DNA of 32,000 bases from assembly GCF_000022265.1 (NCBI RefSeq), contig NC_011979.1, positions 960,001 to 992,000 of the forward strand. The letters are read 5' to 3'. The stretch's first letter is position 1. Every line of letters begins with the position of its first letter. Positions 7,201 through 15,250 of this stretch are shown here, piece after piece. Source of the stretch: Geotalea daltonii FRC-32 (lineage in GTDB: Bacteria; Desulfobacterota; Desulfuromonadia; Geobacterales; Geobacteraceae). The translations under genes and the position numbers were made by a program. Under the pieces are notes generated by a model, which saw nothing but the letters and a program-made list of their open reading frames with translations, was not told the DNA's origin and did no database searches.

Positions 7201-8969
7201 GAGTTGTAGATATACTCGGCGCCGATCAGATCGCCGCTGGTAACGGCGGCGCCGGGGTTGTTGTAGAACCGGCAGCGGATGATGTAGTTGGAGCCCTGGG
7301 TGTGGGCCCACCAGATGACAGTGCCCTTATTGTTGTAAAATTCGCAGTCTTCGAAGGTGAGACCCTTGTCAGCATAGTAGGGCCTGATCACATAGCCGGA
7401 CGGGGCAGTATGGTTGTAGAACCTGGTGTTTTTGAAGTGTTGCCCGCCGAATCCTATTCCGGTGCCATGCCCCTCCATAGCCATGGCGTTGTCGTGGATG
7501 TCGCAATCCTCGATCCTGTTGTCATAGGAGTCGAAATAGAAGGCGAACTGGGTGTAGTTGCGGATCTCAAGGTTGACAAAATCCACATTGCCGGCGGCTT
7601 CTCCAGTGAAAATAGCCGTTTGCAGAGTGTTCTGCCCGTCAAGGACGGCTTTTCCGACACCCTTAATGATGATTCTCTTGTCGGGGGTGGAAGGGGAATA
7701 AATGGTCAGCGCCTCGTTATAGACCCCTTCCTGTACCTCAATGATGTCCCCTGCCGTTGCGGAATTTGCCGCATGCTGGATGGTCCTGAAGGCGCCCAGG
7801 GCGCTGTTCTCCAAACCGCTGTTGGCGTCGTTTCCATCGGTCCTTACATAGTAGATTTTATTGACGTAGGTCTCGTAAGTTCCCATATCCGGGGCGGTGC
7901 CGTTGTATGGATAGCCCAGATCGATTCCGGCATTGACGGCAGGAGAGAATGGCTTCACATGGAAATCGGCTGTTTTGGGGCTGACGAACATGGGATCCTG
8001 GGATATGTCGTGGGCGCCCGCTGCCACATTGCTGTAATTGGTATCGTTGTTCCAGACATCGTTATGGTCGCTGGTGACCGTGCCGTAATCGTAGGTGTAC
8101 TTGGCTATGCCGTAACGATTGTTGGCAAAGATATTGTTTTTCAATACTTTTACGGAACCATACCTGTCGTCTCCGGAACCAAAGGCGGTACCGTTGTTGT
8201 AGAATACGGAGTTATAGACATACGCGGTGCCGATCAGGTCACCGCTGGTGACGGCAGCGCCGGGGTTGTTGTAGAACCGGCAACGGATTATGTAGTTGGA
8301 GCCCTGGGTGTGGGCCCACCAGATGACGGTGCCCTTGTTGTCGTGGAAATCGCAGTCTTCGAAGGTGAGACCCTTTGCCGCATAGTAGGGCCTGATTACA
8401 TAGCCGGACGGTGCCGAATGGTTATAGAACTTGGTGTTTTTGAATACTTGCCCGCCAAATCCGATTCCTGTGCCATGTCCCTCCATAACCATGGCGTTGT
8501 CGTGGATGTCGCAATTCTCGATCCTGTTGTCGTATGAGTCGAAATAGAAGGCGAACTGGGTGTAGTTGCGGATCTCAAGATTGACGAAATCCACATTGCC
8601 GGCGGTTTCTCCAGTGAAAACGGCCGTTTGCAGGGCGTTCTGTCCGTCGAGAACTACTTTCCCCATACCCTTGAAGGTGATTCTTTTATCGGGAGTGGCT
8701 GCGGAATTAATAACCAATGCCTCGTTGTAGACCCCTTCCTGTACCTCGATAACGTCCCCTGCCGTTGCTGAATTTGCCGCATGCTGGATGGTCCTGAAGG
8801 CTCCCGATGGGCTGTTCTCTAATCCGGTATTGATGTCATTCCCATCGGTTCTGACATAGAAAGACGCAGCTGATGCTTCCCCGGACCCAATAGTTAAACA
8901 GACAAAAACGAACAGGCTCAACAATAACAAATACTTCTGGTGCAAGAACTGGAAGATTCCACTCTTCAT
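4248..8969 (-). CDS. giant secreted repeat protein: signal peptide, 2 parallel beta-helix (pectate-lyase-fold/DUF1565-like) modules, 2 Ig-like domains, 6 CARDB domains
   Basis: Continuous ORF of about 4.7 kb. ATG 8969 sits 7 nt after AAGGAG; the listed start 8975 is a GTG only 1 nt from that SD. Hydrophobic signal LLLLSLFVFVCLTIGSGEASA. The motif YVRTDGND..G....P..TIQHAANSATAGD..EV.EGVY occurs twice. The GWYSSDVTV.. and SYTTVVTVNLSGADAGSGVKEIHY segments look Ig-like. DLTATAVSGPATANTGKPVTV...NNNT units match the CARDB pattern. No C-terminal sorting signal or anchor recognised. Confidence 0.85.
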   Translation of the reverse strand: MKSGIFQFLHQKYLLLLSLFVFVCLTIGSGEASAASFYVRTDGNDINTGLENSPSGAFRTIQHAANSATAGDVIEVQEGVYNEALVINSAATPDKRITFKGMGKVVLDGQNALQTAVFTGETAGNVDFVNLEIRNYTQFAFYFDSYDNRIENCDIHDNAMVMEGHGTGIGFGGQVFKNTKFYNHSAPSGYVIRPYYAAKGLTFEDCDFHDNKGTVIWWAHTQGSNYIIRCRFYNNPGAAVTSGDLIGTAYVYNSVFYNNGTAFGSGDDRYGSVKVLKNNIFANNRYGIAKYTYDYGTVTSDHNDVWNNDTNYSNVAAGAHDISQDPMFVSPKTADFHVKPFSPAVNAGIDLGYPYNGTAPDMGTYETYVNKIYYVRTDGNDANSGLENSALGAFRTIQHAANSATAGDIIEVQEGVYNEALTIYSPSTPDKRIIIKGVGKAVLDGQNTLQTAIFTGEAAGNVDFVNLEIRNYTQFAFYFDSYDNRIEDCDIHDNAMAMEGHGTGIGFGGQHFKNTRFYNHTAPSGYVIRPYYADKGLTFEDCEFYNNKGTVIWWAHTQGSNYIIRCRFYNNPGAAVTSGDLIGAEYIYNSVFYNNGTAFASGDDRSGSVKVLKNNIFANNSVGIGKYTYDYGKVTSDYNNVWNNGTNYSNVAAGANDISQDPLFVSPTAADFHLQAFSPCLEKGLDLGYAFYGAAPDLGAFEKTHSSTVATLSGTAVGNGWYSSDVTVDITDDLPAALQEIRYEIDKGGEATQPTSPASFILTADGSHSVTFYAVDKDGAAEPVNSVTVNIDKAPPVTTATLQGTMGSNGSYTTVVTVNLSGADAGSGVKEIHYSINDGAEVVIAGPLASTKLTTNGTHTITYYAIDKAGFREAAKTRTIQINGTVDLTATAISGPATANTGKTVTVNTTVTNIGPTAASSFYVHAYISSSSGANVQIGSTYVNGLAAGATQSLAITGNIPSTTAHGTYTYKIVVDTFNYVVEAIENNNTLNGNQVAVSGSDLTATAVSGPATANTGKPVTVNASIANTGSGDASSFYVHAYITSGSGANVQIGSTYVNGLAAGATQSLAITGNIPSTTAHGTYTYKIVVDTFNYVVEAIENNNTLNGNQVAVSGSDLTATAVSGPATANTGKPVTVNASIANTGSGDASSFYVHAYITSGSGANVQIGSTYVNGLAAGATQSLAITGNIPSTTAHGTYTYKIVVDTFNYVTEANENNNTLTGNQVAVSGSDLTATAVSGPATANTGKPVTVNASIANTGSGDASSFYVHAYITSGSGANVQIGSTYVNGLAAGATQSLAITGNIPSTTAHGTYTYKIVVDTFNYVTEANENNNTLTGNQVAVSGSDLTATAVSGPATANTGKPVTVNASIANTGSGDASSFYVHAYITSGSGANVQIGSTYVNGLAAGATQSLAITGNIPSTTAHGTYTYKIVVDTFNYVVEANENNNTLTGNQVAVSGSDLSATAVSGPATASIGQSFSLNTTIANTGSGDASSFYVHAYITSSSGANIQIGSTYVSSLQAGATQSLAIPVTIPSNIAPGTYTYKVIVDTFNYVTEANENNNTLTGNQVAI
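4251..6311 (-). repeat. six tandem 345-bp (115-codon) coding repeats (CARDB units R6..R1)
   Basis: Exact 345-bp periodicity is visible in the sequence, for example CTGGTAATGTACGCATGGAC at 4801, 5146, 5491 and 5836. It is echoed by the shadow ORFs at 4815/5160/5505/5850. The internal units are nearly identical by eye; the edge units are diverged. Confidence 0.9.
6849..8864 (-). repeat. two tandem ~1008-bp (336-codon) coding repeats (beta-helix modules)
   Basis: Protein residues about 38-373 and 374-709 align without gaps and are identical at most positions (FYVRTDGND.. versus YYVRTDGND.., through ..APDMGTYE versus ..APDLGAFE). Confidence 0.85.
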
Positions 8970-9134
8970 ACTCACTCTCCTTACATTTTTGATAGCGGCT
9001 CATAAAAAGCACATTACTCCGTGCAGGATCTCAGTGCTGAGCCAGGGATATTTCCAGAAAAAAATTACGGTAATGATTAGGCCAGAAGAGGAACAGGGAT
9101 GGTAAATGATTTTAGTAGATATTAATTACCGCGC

Positions 9135-9163
9135 TTTATACTTGAGGTGTATAAAAAAGTCAA
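9135..9163 (-). promoter_or_regulatory. candidate sigma70 promoter for the giant gene: TTGACT - 17 nt - TATAAA
   Basis: On the minus strand, -35 TTGACT (9163-9158) and -10 TATAAA (9140-9135) with a 17-nt spacer, in an AT-rich intergenic region. This implies a 5' UTR of about 160 nt. Sequence match only. Confidence 0.4.
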
Positions 9164-9383
9164 CATTTATTAAAGATTTATACTTTTGGGCGCCACCATG
9201 TATCATTGGTGCAGAAAAATCATTCAGCTCCGCAAGATGGTCGTAAGAAAATCCGCCTGGAATGTTTTTAATGATTGATAAAGGCTGAATGGTGCGGTTA
9301 AAGTGGGAAGTAAGGTCCTAGAGGAAGGATCAGGAACCATTGAAGCGGAGTTTTTGTAACGGTGGCATAGCACCACCGAATCC

Positions 9384-9899
9384 ATGAATATAATCTGTGA
9401 GATAGTAATGTCAAATACAGCACCACGCACCCGTCGCCCCCCCGAGGAGCAGGCCCGCCTTGAGGCCAGGCTCCGGGAGGTTTTCGAAGAATGTTTTCCC
9501 TTCAATCGCCTCATGGGCATCAAGGTCGAGACCCTCGATCCGCGGCAGCCGAAGATCTCCTTTGCGATGCGCCAGGAACTGGTGGGGAGCTATATGCACA
9601 GCCGGCTCCACGGGGGCGCTATTGCCACGGCCCTTGATACCGTGGGTGGTTTTGCTGTTACCCTGGCGGTGGCGGAAAAACATGCCGATGAAACGGTTGA
9701 ACAGCTCGCCCAACGGTTCACCCGCTGCGGTACCATCGATCTGCGTGTGGACTACCTGAATCCGGGGGTGGGGAAACGTTTTAGCGCCACCGCCACCGTA
9801 ATGCGCCTGGGGGGAAAGATCGCCTCTGTTCGCATGGAACTCCATAACGATGCCGGTGTTCTGGTTGCCATCGGCTCCGCTGCCTATGCTGTCAGCTGA
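9384..9899 (+). CDS. hotdog-fold acyl-CoA thioesterase (PaaI/YigI-like)
   Basis: FNRLMGIKVETLD...GSYMHSRLHGGAIATALDTVGGFAV is the PaaI/4HBT-type motif region. Alternative start at ATG 9408. Confidence 0.75.
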   Translation: MNIICEIVMSNTAPRTRRPPEEQARLEARLREVFEECFPFNRLMGIKVETLDPRQPKISFAMRQELVGSYMHSRLHGGAIATALDTVGGFAVTLAVAEKHADETVEQLAQRFTRCGTIDLRVDYLNPGVGKRFSATATVMRLGGKIASVRMELHNDAGVLVAIGSAAYAVS

Positions 9900-10056
9900 C
9901 GGCGTGATTTCCGTTGAAGCATCTGCAATCATGGGTAGAGCTCCTCGATCATTTATGATACTCCCTTCCCGTTTTTCTTTGCCGTTACCGGGGTGACTCT
10001 TTCCTGAACCATCGGCAGACTGTTGTAGCCGCATATTTCCGGGAAAAGGATCGCAC

Positions 10057-11478
10057 TTACTTCATTCTCTCCAGGGCCAGCTTGGCCGCCAGGTAACCGC
10101 ACAGGCCGTGAACTCCGCCGCCGGGAGGGGTGGAGGCAGAACAGATGAAGATGTTTTTGTCAGGGGTGGCGTATGGGTGAGGCCCGGCGACAGGGCGGAC
10201 AACCATCTGACGCAGGTTCTGCATGCCGCCGTTGATATCCCCGCCGACGAAGTTTTCGTTGTAGGCCTGCATTGCTGCCGTATCCCTGGTTCGCCGCCCG
10301 ATGATCAGGTCCTTGAAGCCGGGGGCGAACCGCTCGATCTGATTTTCAATTCTTTCCGTCATGTCGACTCTTGAGCCATTGGGTACATGGCAGTAGGCCC
10401 ACCCCACCTGCTTGCCCACCGGGGCACGGTCGGGATCGAAAAGGCTCTGCTGGGCCACCAGTACAAATGGCTTTTCCGGATGCCGGCCCAGGTGGACCTC
10501 TTTCTCTGCAGCTGCGATCTCCTCCATGGTTCCACCCAGATGCAGGGTGGCAGCTCGCCGGCATTCCTCTGCCCGCCACGGTATCGGCCCGTTCAGAGCC
10601 CAGTCCACTTTGAAAATGCCGGGTCCGAACCGGTATTTTTCCAGCTGCTTCCGGTAATCGCTGTCAAAACGTTGCCGTGCCAGCTGCAGCACCTGCCGGG
10701 GTGAGACATCGAGAAAAACCGTGGTATCGGCAGGCAGTTCATCCACAGTGCCTGTCCTTCTTCCGGTTACGATTTCTCCCCCCAGTGAAAGGAAGTGCCC
10801 GGCCAATGCCTGGCTGATTTTTCCTGTTCCTCCTGCAGCCATCGGCCAGCCGTTAACATGGCCGAGGGTGCCCAAGACCAGGCCAAATGCTGCGGAACCC
10901 GGCTTGTCCAGGGGGAGAAAGGAGTGGGCAGCCATGCCCGCGAAAAGGGCTCGGGCAAGCGGTCCTTGAAAAGTGCTGCGGGCGAGGCCGACTGCCGATC
11001 TCAACCCATGGATGCCGAATCGGGCCATGAGGAGGGGGTGGGCGGGAAAGGTGAGAGGCGCCAGCACCTGGGGGGAGATTTCCTGCCAATGCTCCCTGAG
11101 CGGCATCATCAACTCCATGTACGGACGCCGATCGGGGAAATCCAGGCTGTCCACCGTTTGAAATATCTCTCTTTCCAGGACGGCTACTGTCCCGTCATCC
11201 AGGGGATGTGCCAGGGCAGCCGGTGGATAGATCCATTTCAGGCCATGATCGGCTAGGGGGAGAGAATTGAAGAAGGGCGAAAAGGCCGCAAGGGGATGTA
11301 TGGCTGCACAGACATCATGGACAAAGCCGGGCAGGGTGAGTTCGGCGCTGCGGGTGCCGCCGCCGACGCTTTGTGCCGCTTCCCCAATGGTGACCGGCAA
11401 ACCTGCCTGGGCCATGACAATGGCTGCAGCCAATCCGTTGGGTCCTGAGCCGACGACAAAAACTCCGTTTTCGGGCAT
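10057..11478 (-). CDS. FAD/NAD(P)-binding oxidoreductase of the phytoene-desaturase (CrtI)-like family
   Basis: N-terminal dinucleotide fold VFVVGSGPNGLAAAIVMAQAGLPVTIGEA and C-terminal FICSASTPPGGGVHGLCG. ATG 11478 follows GGAGG and lies 1 nt after the ccoI stop; the listed start 11526 would overlap ccoI. Confidence 0.75.
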   Translation of the reverse strand: MPENGVFVVGSGPNGLAAAIVMAQAGLPVTIGEAAQSVGGGTRSAELTLPGFVHDVCAAIHPLAAFSPFFNSLPLADHGLKWIYPPAALAHPLDDGTVAVLEREIFQTVDSLDFPDRRPYMELMMPLREHWQEISPQVLAPLTFPAHPLLMARFGIHGLRSAVGLARSTFQGPLARALFAGMAAHSFLPLDKPGSAAFGLVLGTLGHVNGWPMAAGGTGKISQALAGHFLSLGGEIVTGRRTGTVDELPADTTVFLDVSPRQVLQLARQRFDSDYRKQLEKYRFGPGIFKVDWALNGPIPWRAEECRRAATLHLGGTMEEIAAAEKEVHLGRHPEKPFVLVAQQSLFDPDRAPVGKQVGWAYCHVPNGSRVDMTERIENQIERFAPGFKDLIIGRRTRDTAAMQAYNENFVGGDINGGMQNLRQMVVRPVAGPHPYATPDKNIFICSASTPPGGGVHGLCGYLAAKLALERMK

Positions 11479-11479
11479 G

Positions 11480-13534
11480 TTACATTTCCTCCCCTGAAAA
11501 ACTGCTGATGCGCAAGGAGTTGGCAAGCACCGTCAGGCTGGAGACGACCATGGCGATTGCCGCCAAGAGCGGATGCAGCAGGCCGGCCGCGGCCGCTCCC
11601 AGGGCGATGGCGTTGTAGCCGAAGCTCCAGGCGAAATTCTGGCCGATAATTCTTCTTGTCTGCCTGCTGAGGCCGATCAGCCAGGGGATCTGCATGAGGC
11701 GGTCCGATAAAAGAACCACGTTGCCCGCCTGACGTGCCAGATCAAGACCGCTGCCGAGAGCGATTCCCACCTGGGCGGCGGCAAGGGGGGCGGCGTCGTT
11801 GACCCCATCCCCGACAACGGCGACCTTCCTGCCTGCGCCAAGGGCTTGTTCCACCACAGACAGCTTTTCACCCGGATTTCGCGGCGCCTCGACCGACCCT
11901 ATCCCCGTTTGTGCGGCTACGGCTGCTGCAGCCTGCAGACGGTCCCCGGAAAGGAGTACCGATGCAATTTTCTGAGTAGCCAGTTTCTGCACTGTCGCAG
12001 CGGCGTCGCTACGTATGCTGTCCTCAAAAAGAAAGCGGCCACGGATTTGTCCATCCCACATAACATCCACCGCCGTAAAACCCTCTTCGCCTGCTGCATC
12101 GACAGTCTGCCGGAATGATGGCGATGCTCCTGCGATTATCATCCTGCTTTCACCATTTAATTTTACCAGACCATCGATTCCCTGCCCCGGCTTTATATTG
12201 ACGGCGGCCGGTGATCCCAGCTCCAGACCTCTTCTTGCAGCTTCAGCTGCTATGGTTCCGGCTAAAGGATGATTGCTGGCAGACTCGAGGGTGGCAAGTA
12301 ATGCCAGCAGCTGATCTTCGGTCAGCTGGGGATCAAAGACGATTATATCCTTGAGAACCGGCTGATTGGTGGTCAGGGTGCCGGTCTTGTCGAAAAAGAT
12401 GAGATCGGTTCTGCCAAGCTGTTCCATGGTTTCGCTGCCGCGGACGACAATACCCGCTGCTGCGGCTCTGGCAATGGCCAGGGATGTTGCCAGGGGGGTG
12501 GCGATTCCCATGGTGCACGGACAGGCGACCACGAGAACGGAGAGAGCACTCAGAAAGCCCTGCAGCGGGTTGTCGGCCAAAGTCCAGAGAATGAGGGAAG
12601 CAAGGGCCACCAGCCCTACGGCGACAATGAACATGCCTGCTGCCCGTTCGGCAATGCGCTCTGCCGGTGAAGGATTCTGCCAGGCCCCTTGGATCATGGC
12701 AACGATCCGCTGGAGCAGAACTTCTTTGCCGGCCCGTTCGGTTTTCACCAGCAGGCTTCCCTGGCCGTTGACCGTCCCGGCCAGCACCCGTTCTCCGGGG
12801 CCTCTGCAGACCGGTAGCGGTTCGCCGGTGAAAGCGGCTTCCTCGACGGTTGTATTGCCCTCGCGGATCAGGCCATCGACGGCAATCCGCTCGCCGGGGC
12901 GGATGAGCACCAGGTCGCCGGAGTGCAACTGCTCGATGGCAACTTCCACGGCAGTTCCTTTTTCAATCTTCAGTGCCGATGCCGGCAGCAAGGATTCCAT
13001 GGCATGGAGCAGGTCGGCGGCTTTTCTTTTTGCCGTCGCTTCGATGATCTTGCCGAAGGTAACCAGCACCGGCAGCATGGTTGCCGTATCGAAATATACC
13101 TGCCCGGCAGCACGCACGGTATTGAGTGTACTGACGGTAAAGGCGGTAATCGAGCCCGCCACAATGAGCAGGTCGAGGCCCGGCTTTCTCTGCAGGGCGC
13201 CCATGACCAGGGGATAGAGCAGAATGGCCATGGCCGGCATTGCCAATGCCAGCATGACCCAGCGGAAGATGGGTATTATCTCTGTCTCGACCGATCCCGA
13301 ATAGAGGAGCAGGGAAAGCATCATGATGTTCATGGCCAACAGGGCGCCGAAGCCGAGTCGAAGCAGGTTCCAGGCATGATCACCTCCATCCCGGCTGCCG
13401 ATAATGCCGGCAATAAGCCGACAGGCGTAGCAGCAGAAGATGGCGCCGCCGGTTTGAACAAGCGATTGACGAATCGGGAGCCCACAGTGGGCACATACTT
13501 GGGGAGATATTTCAGTTGCCGCTGTTGCTGACAT
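11480..13534 (-). CDS. ccoI: copper-translocating P1B-type ATPase, CcoI/FixI-like
   Basis: N-terminal CAHCGLPI...FCCYACRLI (FixI-type metal-binding region), the membrane CPC motif (VVACPCTMGIATP), phosphorylation site DKTGTLT, and the hinge VGDGVNDAAPLA. Confidence 0.85.
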   Translation of the reverse strand: MSATAATEISPQVCAHCGLPIRQSLVQTGGAIFCCYACRLIAGIIGSRDGGDHAWNLLRLGFGALLAMNIMMLSLLLYSGSVETEIIPIFRWVMLALAMPAMAILLYPLVMGALQRKPGLDLLIVAGSITAFTVSTLNTVRAAGQVYFDTATMLPVLVTFGKIIEATAKRKAADLLHAMESLLPASALKIEKGTAVEVAIEQLHSGDLVLIRPGERIAVDGLIREGNTTVEEAAFTGEPLPVCRGPGERVLAGTVNGQGSLLVKTERAGKEVLLQRIVAMIQGAWQNPSPAERIAERAAGMFIVAVGLVALASLILWTLADNPLQGFLSALSVLVVACPCTMGIATPLATSLAIARAAAAGIVVRGSETMEQLGRTDLIFFDKTGTLTTNQPVLKDIIVFDPQLTEDQLLALLATLESASNHPLAGTIAAEAARRGLELGSPAAVNIKPGQGIDGLVKLNGESRMIIAGASPSFRQTVDAAGEEGFTAVDVMWDGQIRGRFLFEDSIRSDAAATVQKLATQKIASVLLSGDRLQAAAAVAAQTGIGSVEAPRNPGEKLSVVEQALGAGRKVAVVGDGVNDAAPLAAAQVGIALGSGLDLARQAGNVVLLSDRLMQIPWLIGLSRQTRRIIGQNFAWSFGYNAIALGAAAAGLLHPLLAAIAMVVSSLTVLANSLRISSFSGEEM

Positions 13535-14267
13535 GAGATTTGCCCGAGCAGCAGCCCTTGCTGCTGTCGGCTTTGGAAGTTTGCTGGAAAACCGGCTGGG
13601 AAGGACAGCCGACTAGTTGATGAAAAACTTCCGTGCCGCGCAGCACCGTAGCCATTCCCAGAAGGATGAGAATGGTTCCGCCGGCAGCTGCGCCCCATTT
13701 TTTCAGGCGAGCTCCTGCCGCCAGGCTTGCCCCTCCCAATGTCAACAGAGGAAGTGCCGTGCCTATCCCCATGGCTGCCATGGTGGTCATGCCGGTTGCG
13801 ACCGAGCCCGATTGCATGGCATAGGCGAGAAAACCGATGACAACAGGGCAGGGAAGCAGCCCTGTAATAATGCCGAGTGTCAGTGCCCCGGCTGGAGAAG
13901 GTGATCGGAGCAGCGGTCGGCATAAGGTTGCGAGCAGTCCGCTGCCTGGGCCATTGGCACCCTTGCCGGGTAATATACCCAGCAGCGCCAAGCCTGCCAG
14001 AAATATCATGCTTCCGGCAAGGTAACTGATGCCGTTCTGTAGATACGTGTGCTGCAGGAGATCCGCTGCTTTGTCTCCGGTGTAACCGGCAACAGCTCCG
14101 GCGAAGGCGTAGGTGAAAATTTTTCCTGCCAGCCATGCAAACTGGGCGGCGATGGCTGATTTTTTTTCGCCGGATCGTGACAGATGGACAATAAACCCGC
14201 CGCACATGCCCATACAGTGCGGAAAAGCAAGTAATCCTCCCATAAATCCAATCAGCGCATGATTCAT
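13512..14267 (-). CDS. polytopic membrane protein, DsbD_2 / TauE-SafE-like (often found next to ccoI/ccoS)
   Basis: GGLLAFPHCMGMCGGF near the N-terminus and a second LLPCPVV motif; about 6 TM helices. ATG 14267 is preceded by GGGGGAAAGGA; the maximal ORF starts at 14303. Its 3' end overlaps the ccoI start by 23 nt. Confidence 0.65.
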   Translation of the reverse strand: MNHALIGFMGGLLAFPHCMGMCGGFIVHLSRSGEKKSAIAAQFAWLAGKIFTYAFAGAVAGYTGDKAADLLQHTYLQNGISYLAGSMIFLAGLALLGILPGKGANGPGSGLLATLCRPLLRSPSPAGALTLGIITGLLPCPVVIGFLAYAMQSGSVATGMTTMAAMGIGTALPLLTLGGASLAAGARLKKWGAAAGGTILILLGMATVLRGTEVFHQLVGCPSQPVFQQTSKADSSKGCCSGKSHVSNSGN

Positions 14268-14433
14268 GGCACCATATCCTTTCCCCCTATGTTTGCCGTG
14301 CAAGATTAAATATTATCAATTTAACCTGAGACTTCAATGGCAACGCTAATTCCTTGAACATTTTATCCAGAAGATGTATTCTTTTTAAGCTTTTGACTAA
14401 TTAACCAACAAGTCCAAACAGTGAGGATCTTTC

Positions 14434-15231
14434 ATGACACCAGATGCAAAAAAAATATTCCTTTTCATTTCCCTTGTCGCCGTATTTGCCGGTGGCAATG
14501 CCGCTTTCGCCAATCCCCAGGCCGCACTCACCCCTTCTGAAAAAGAGAAAGAAATAGCACAAAAGGAGAAGGAGCTGGATGAGAAGCTGAACCGGGAAGC
14601 CAATCCCCAGATTTCAGGCAAAATCGAGGAGACCATGGACAGCGGCAGCTATACCTACGTGCTACTGGCCAACGGTGAGAAAAAAACCTGGGTTGCCATG
14701 CCCCAGATGAAGGTGGCTGTAGGGCAGGAATTGATCTTCAATTGCAACAACGAGATGTGGAATTTCAAGAGCAGGTCCCTGGAGCGGACTTTCGAACGAA
14801 TTTATTTCTGTAATGCGCCGGAGAAAACGGTCGGCGGTGCAGACGATGGCAAGATGGCCGGAAAAGCTTCTGCCGGCAGTGCCGGCGCCGTAGCGTCTCC
14901 CGCCGAGAAGATAAGGGTGGAAAAGGCGGCCGGCACGGATGCCTATACCGTTGAAGAACTCTACTCTAAAAAGGCATCTCTGGATAATAAAGCGGTAGCT
15001 GTAAAGGGAAAGGTGGTTAAGGTTTCTGCAGGAATCATGGGCAAGAACTGGATCCACGTTCAGGACGGCAGCGGTGATGCCAATAAAAGGACCAACAACC
15101 TGGTAGTGACCTCCCAGGATGTTCCCAAGGTCGGCGAGATAGTCACCGTCAACGGGACGCTGAGAGCCGACAAGGATTTCGGTGGTGGCTACAAATACGC
15201 CGTCATCGTGGAAGAGGCTGCCATCAAATAA
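14434..15231 (+). CDS. secreted hypothetical protein with two OB-fold-like halves
   Basis: SD GTGAGGA, and the signal peptide FLFISLVAVFAGGNAAFA. Half 1 is SGSYTYVLLANGEKKTWVAMPQMKVAVGQELIF; half 2 is NKAVAVKGKVVKVSAGIMGKNWIHVQDGSG...VGEIVTVNGTL. The family assignment is weak. Confidence 0.6.
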   Translation: MTPDAKKIFLFISLVAVFAGGNAAFANPQAALTPSEKEKEIAQKEKELDEKLNREANPQISGKIEETMDSGSYTYVLLANGEKKTWVAMPQMKVAVGQELIFNCNNEMWNFKSRSLERTFERIYFCNAPEKTVGGADDGKMAGKASAGSAGAVASPAEKIRVEKAAGTDAYTVEELYSKKASLDNKAVAVKGKVVKVSAGIMGKNWIHVQDGSGDANKRTNNLVVTSQDVPKVGEIVTVNGTLRADKDFGGGYKYAVIVEEAAIK

Positions 15232-15250
15232 TTCTTACCCCCTGGTAGCG

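Noticed and set aside
6855-8537. 560-aa ORF on the + strand
   Set aside because: It lies entirely antisense to the beta-helix part of the giant gene. Its product is low-complexity V/G/D/A-rich with no start context or motifs. The minus-strand frame has the clear domain signatures, so this is a shadow ORF.
9224-9523. 99-aa minus-strand ORF in and beyond the AT-rich spacer
   Set aside because: It overlaps the thioesterase 5' end in antisense, has no SD or motifs, and runs through the predicted promoter region.
12366-13531. 283-aa and 202-aa + strand ORFs
   Set aside because: They are antisense to the P-type ATPase gene, whose frame carries the CPC, DKTGT and GDGxND motifs. Long shadow ORFs like these are typical of GC-rich DNA.
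13330-14205. 291-aa minus-strand ORF
   Set aside because: It is an Arg/Ser/Cys/His-rich out-of-frame overlap of the DsbD_2/TauE-like gene and the ccoI start. The alternative frame encodes a coherent polytopic membrane protein.
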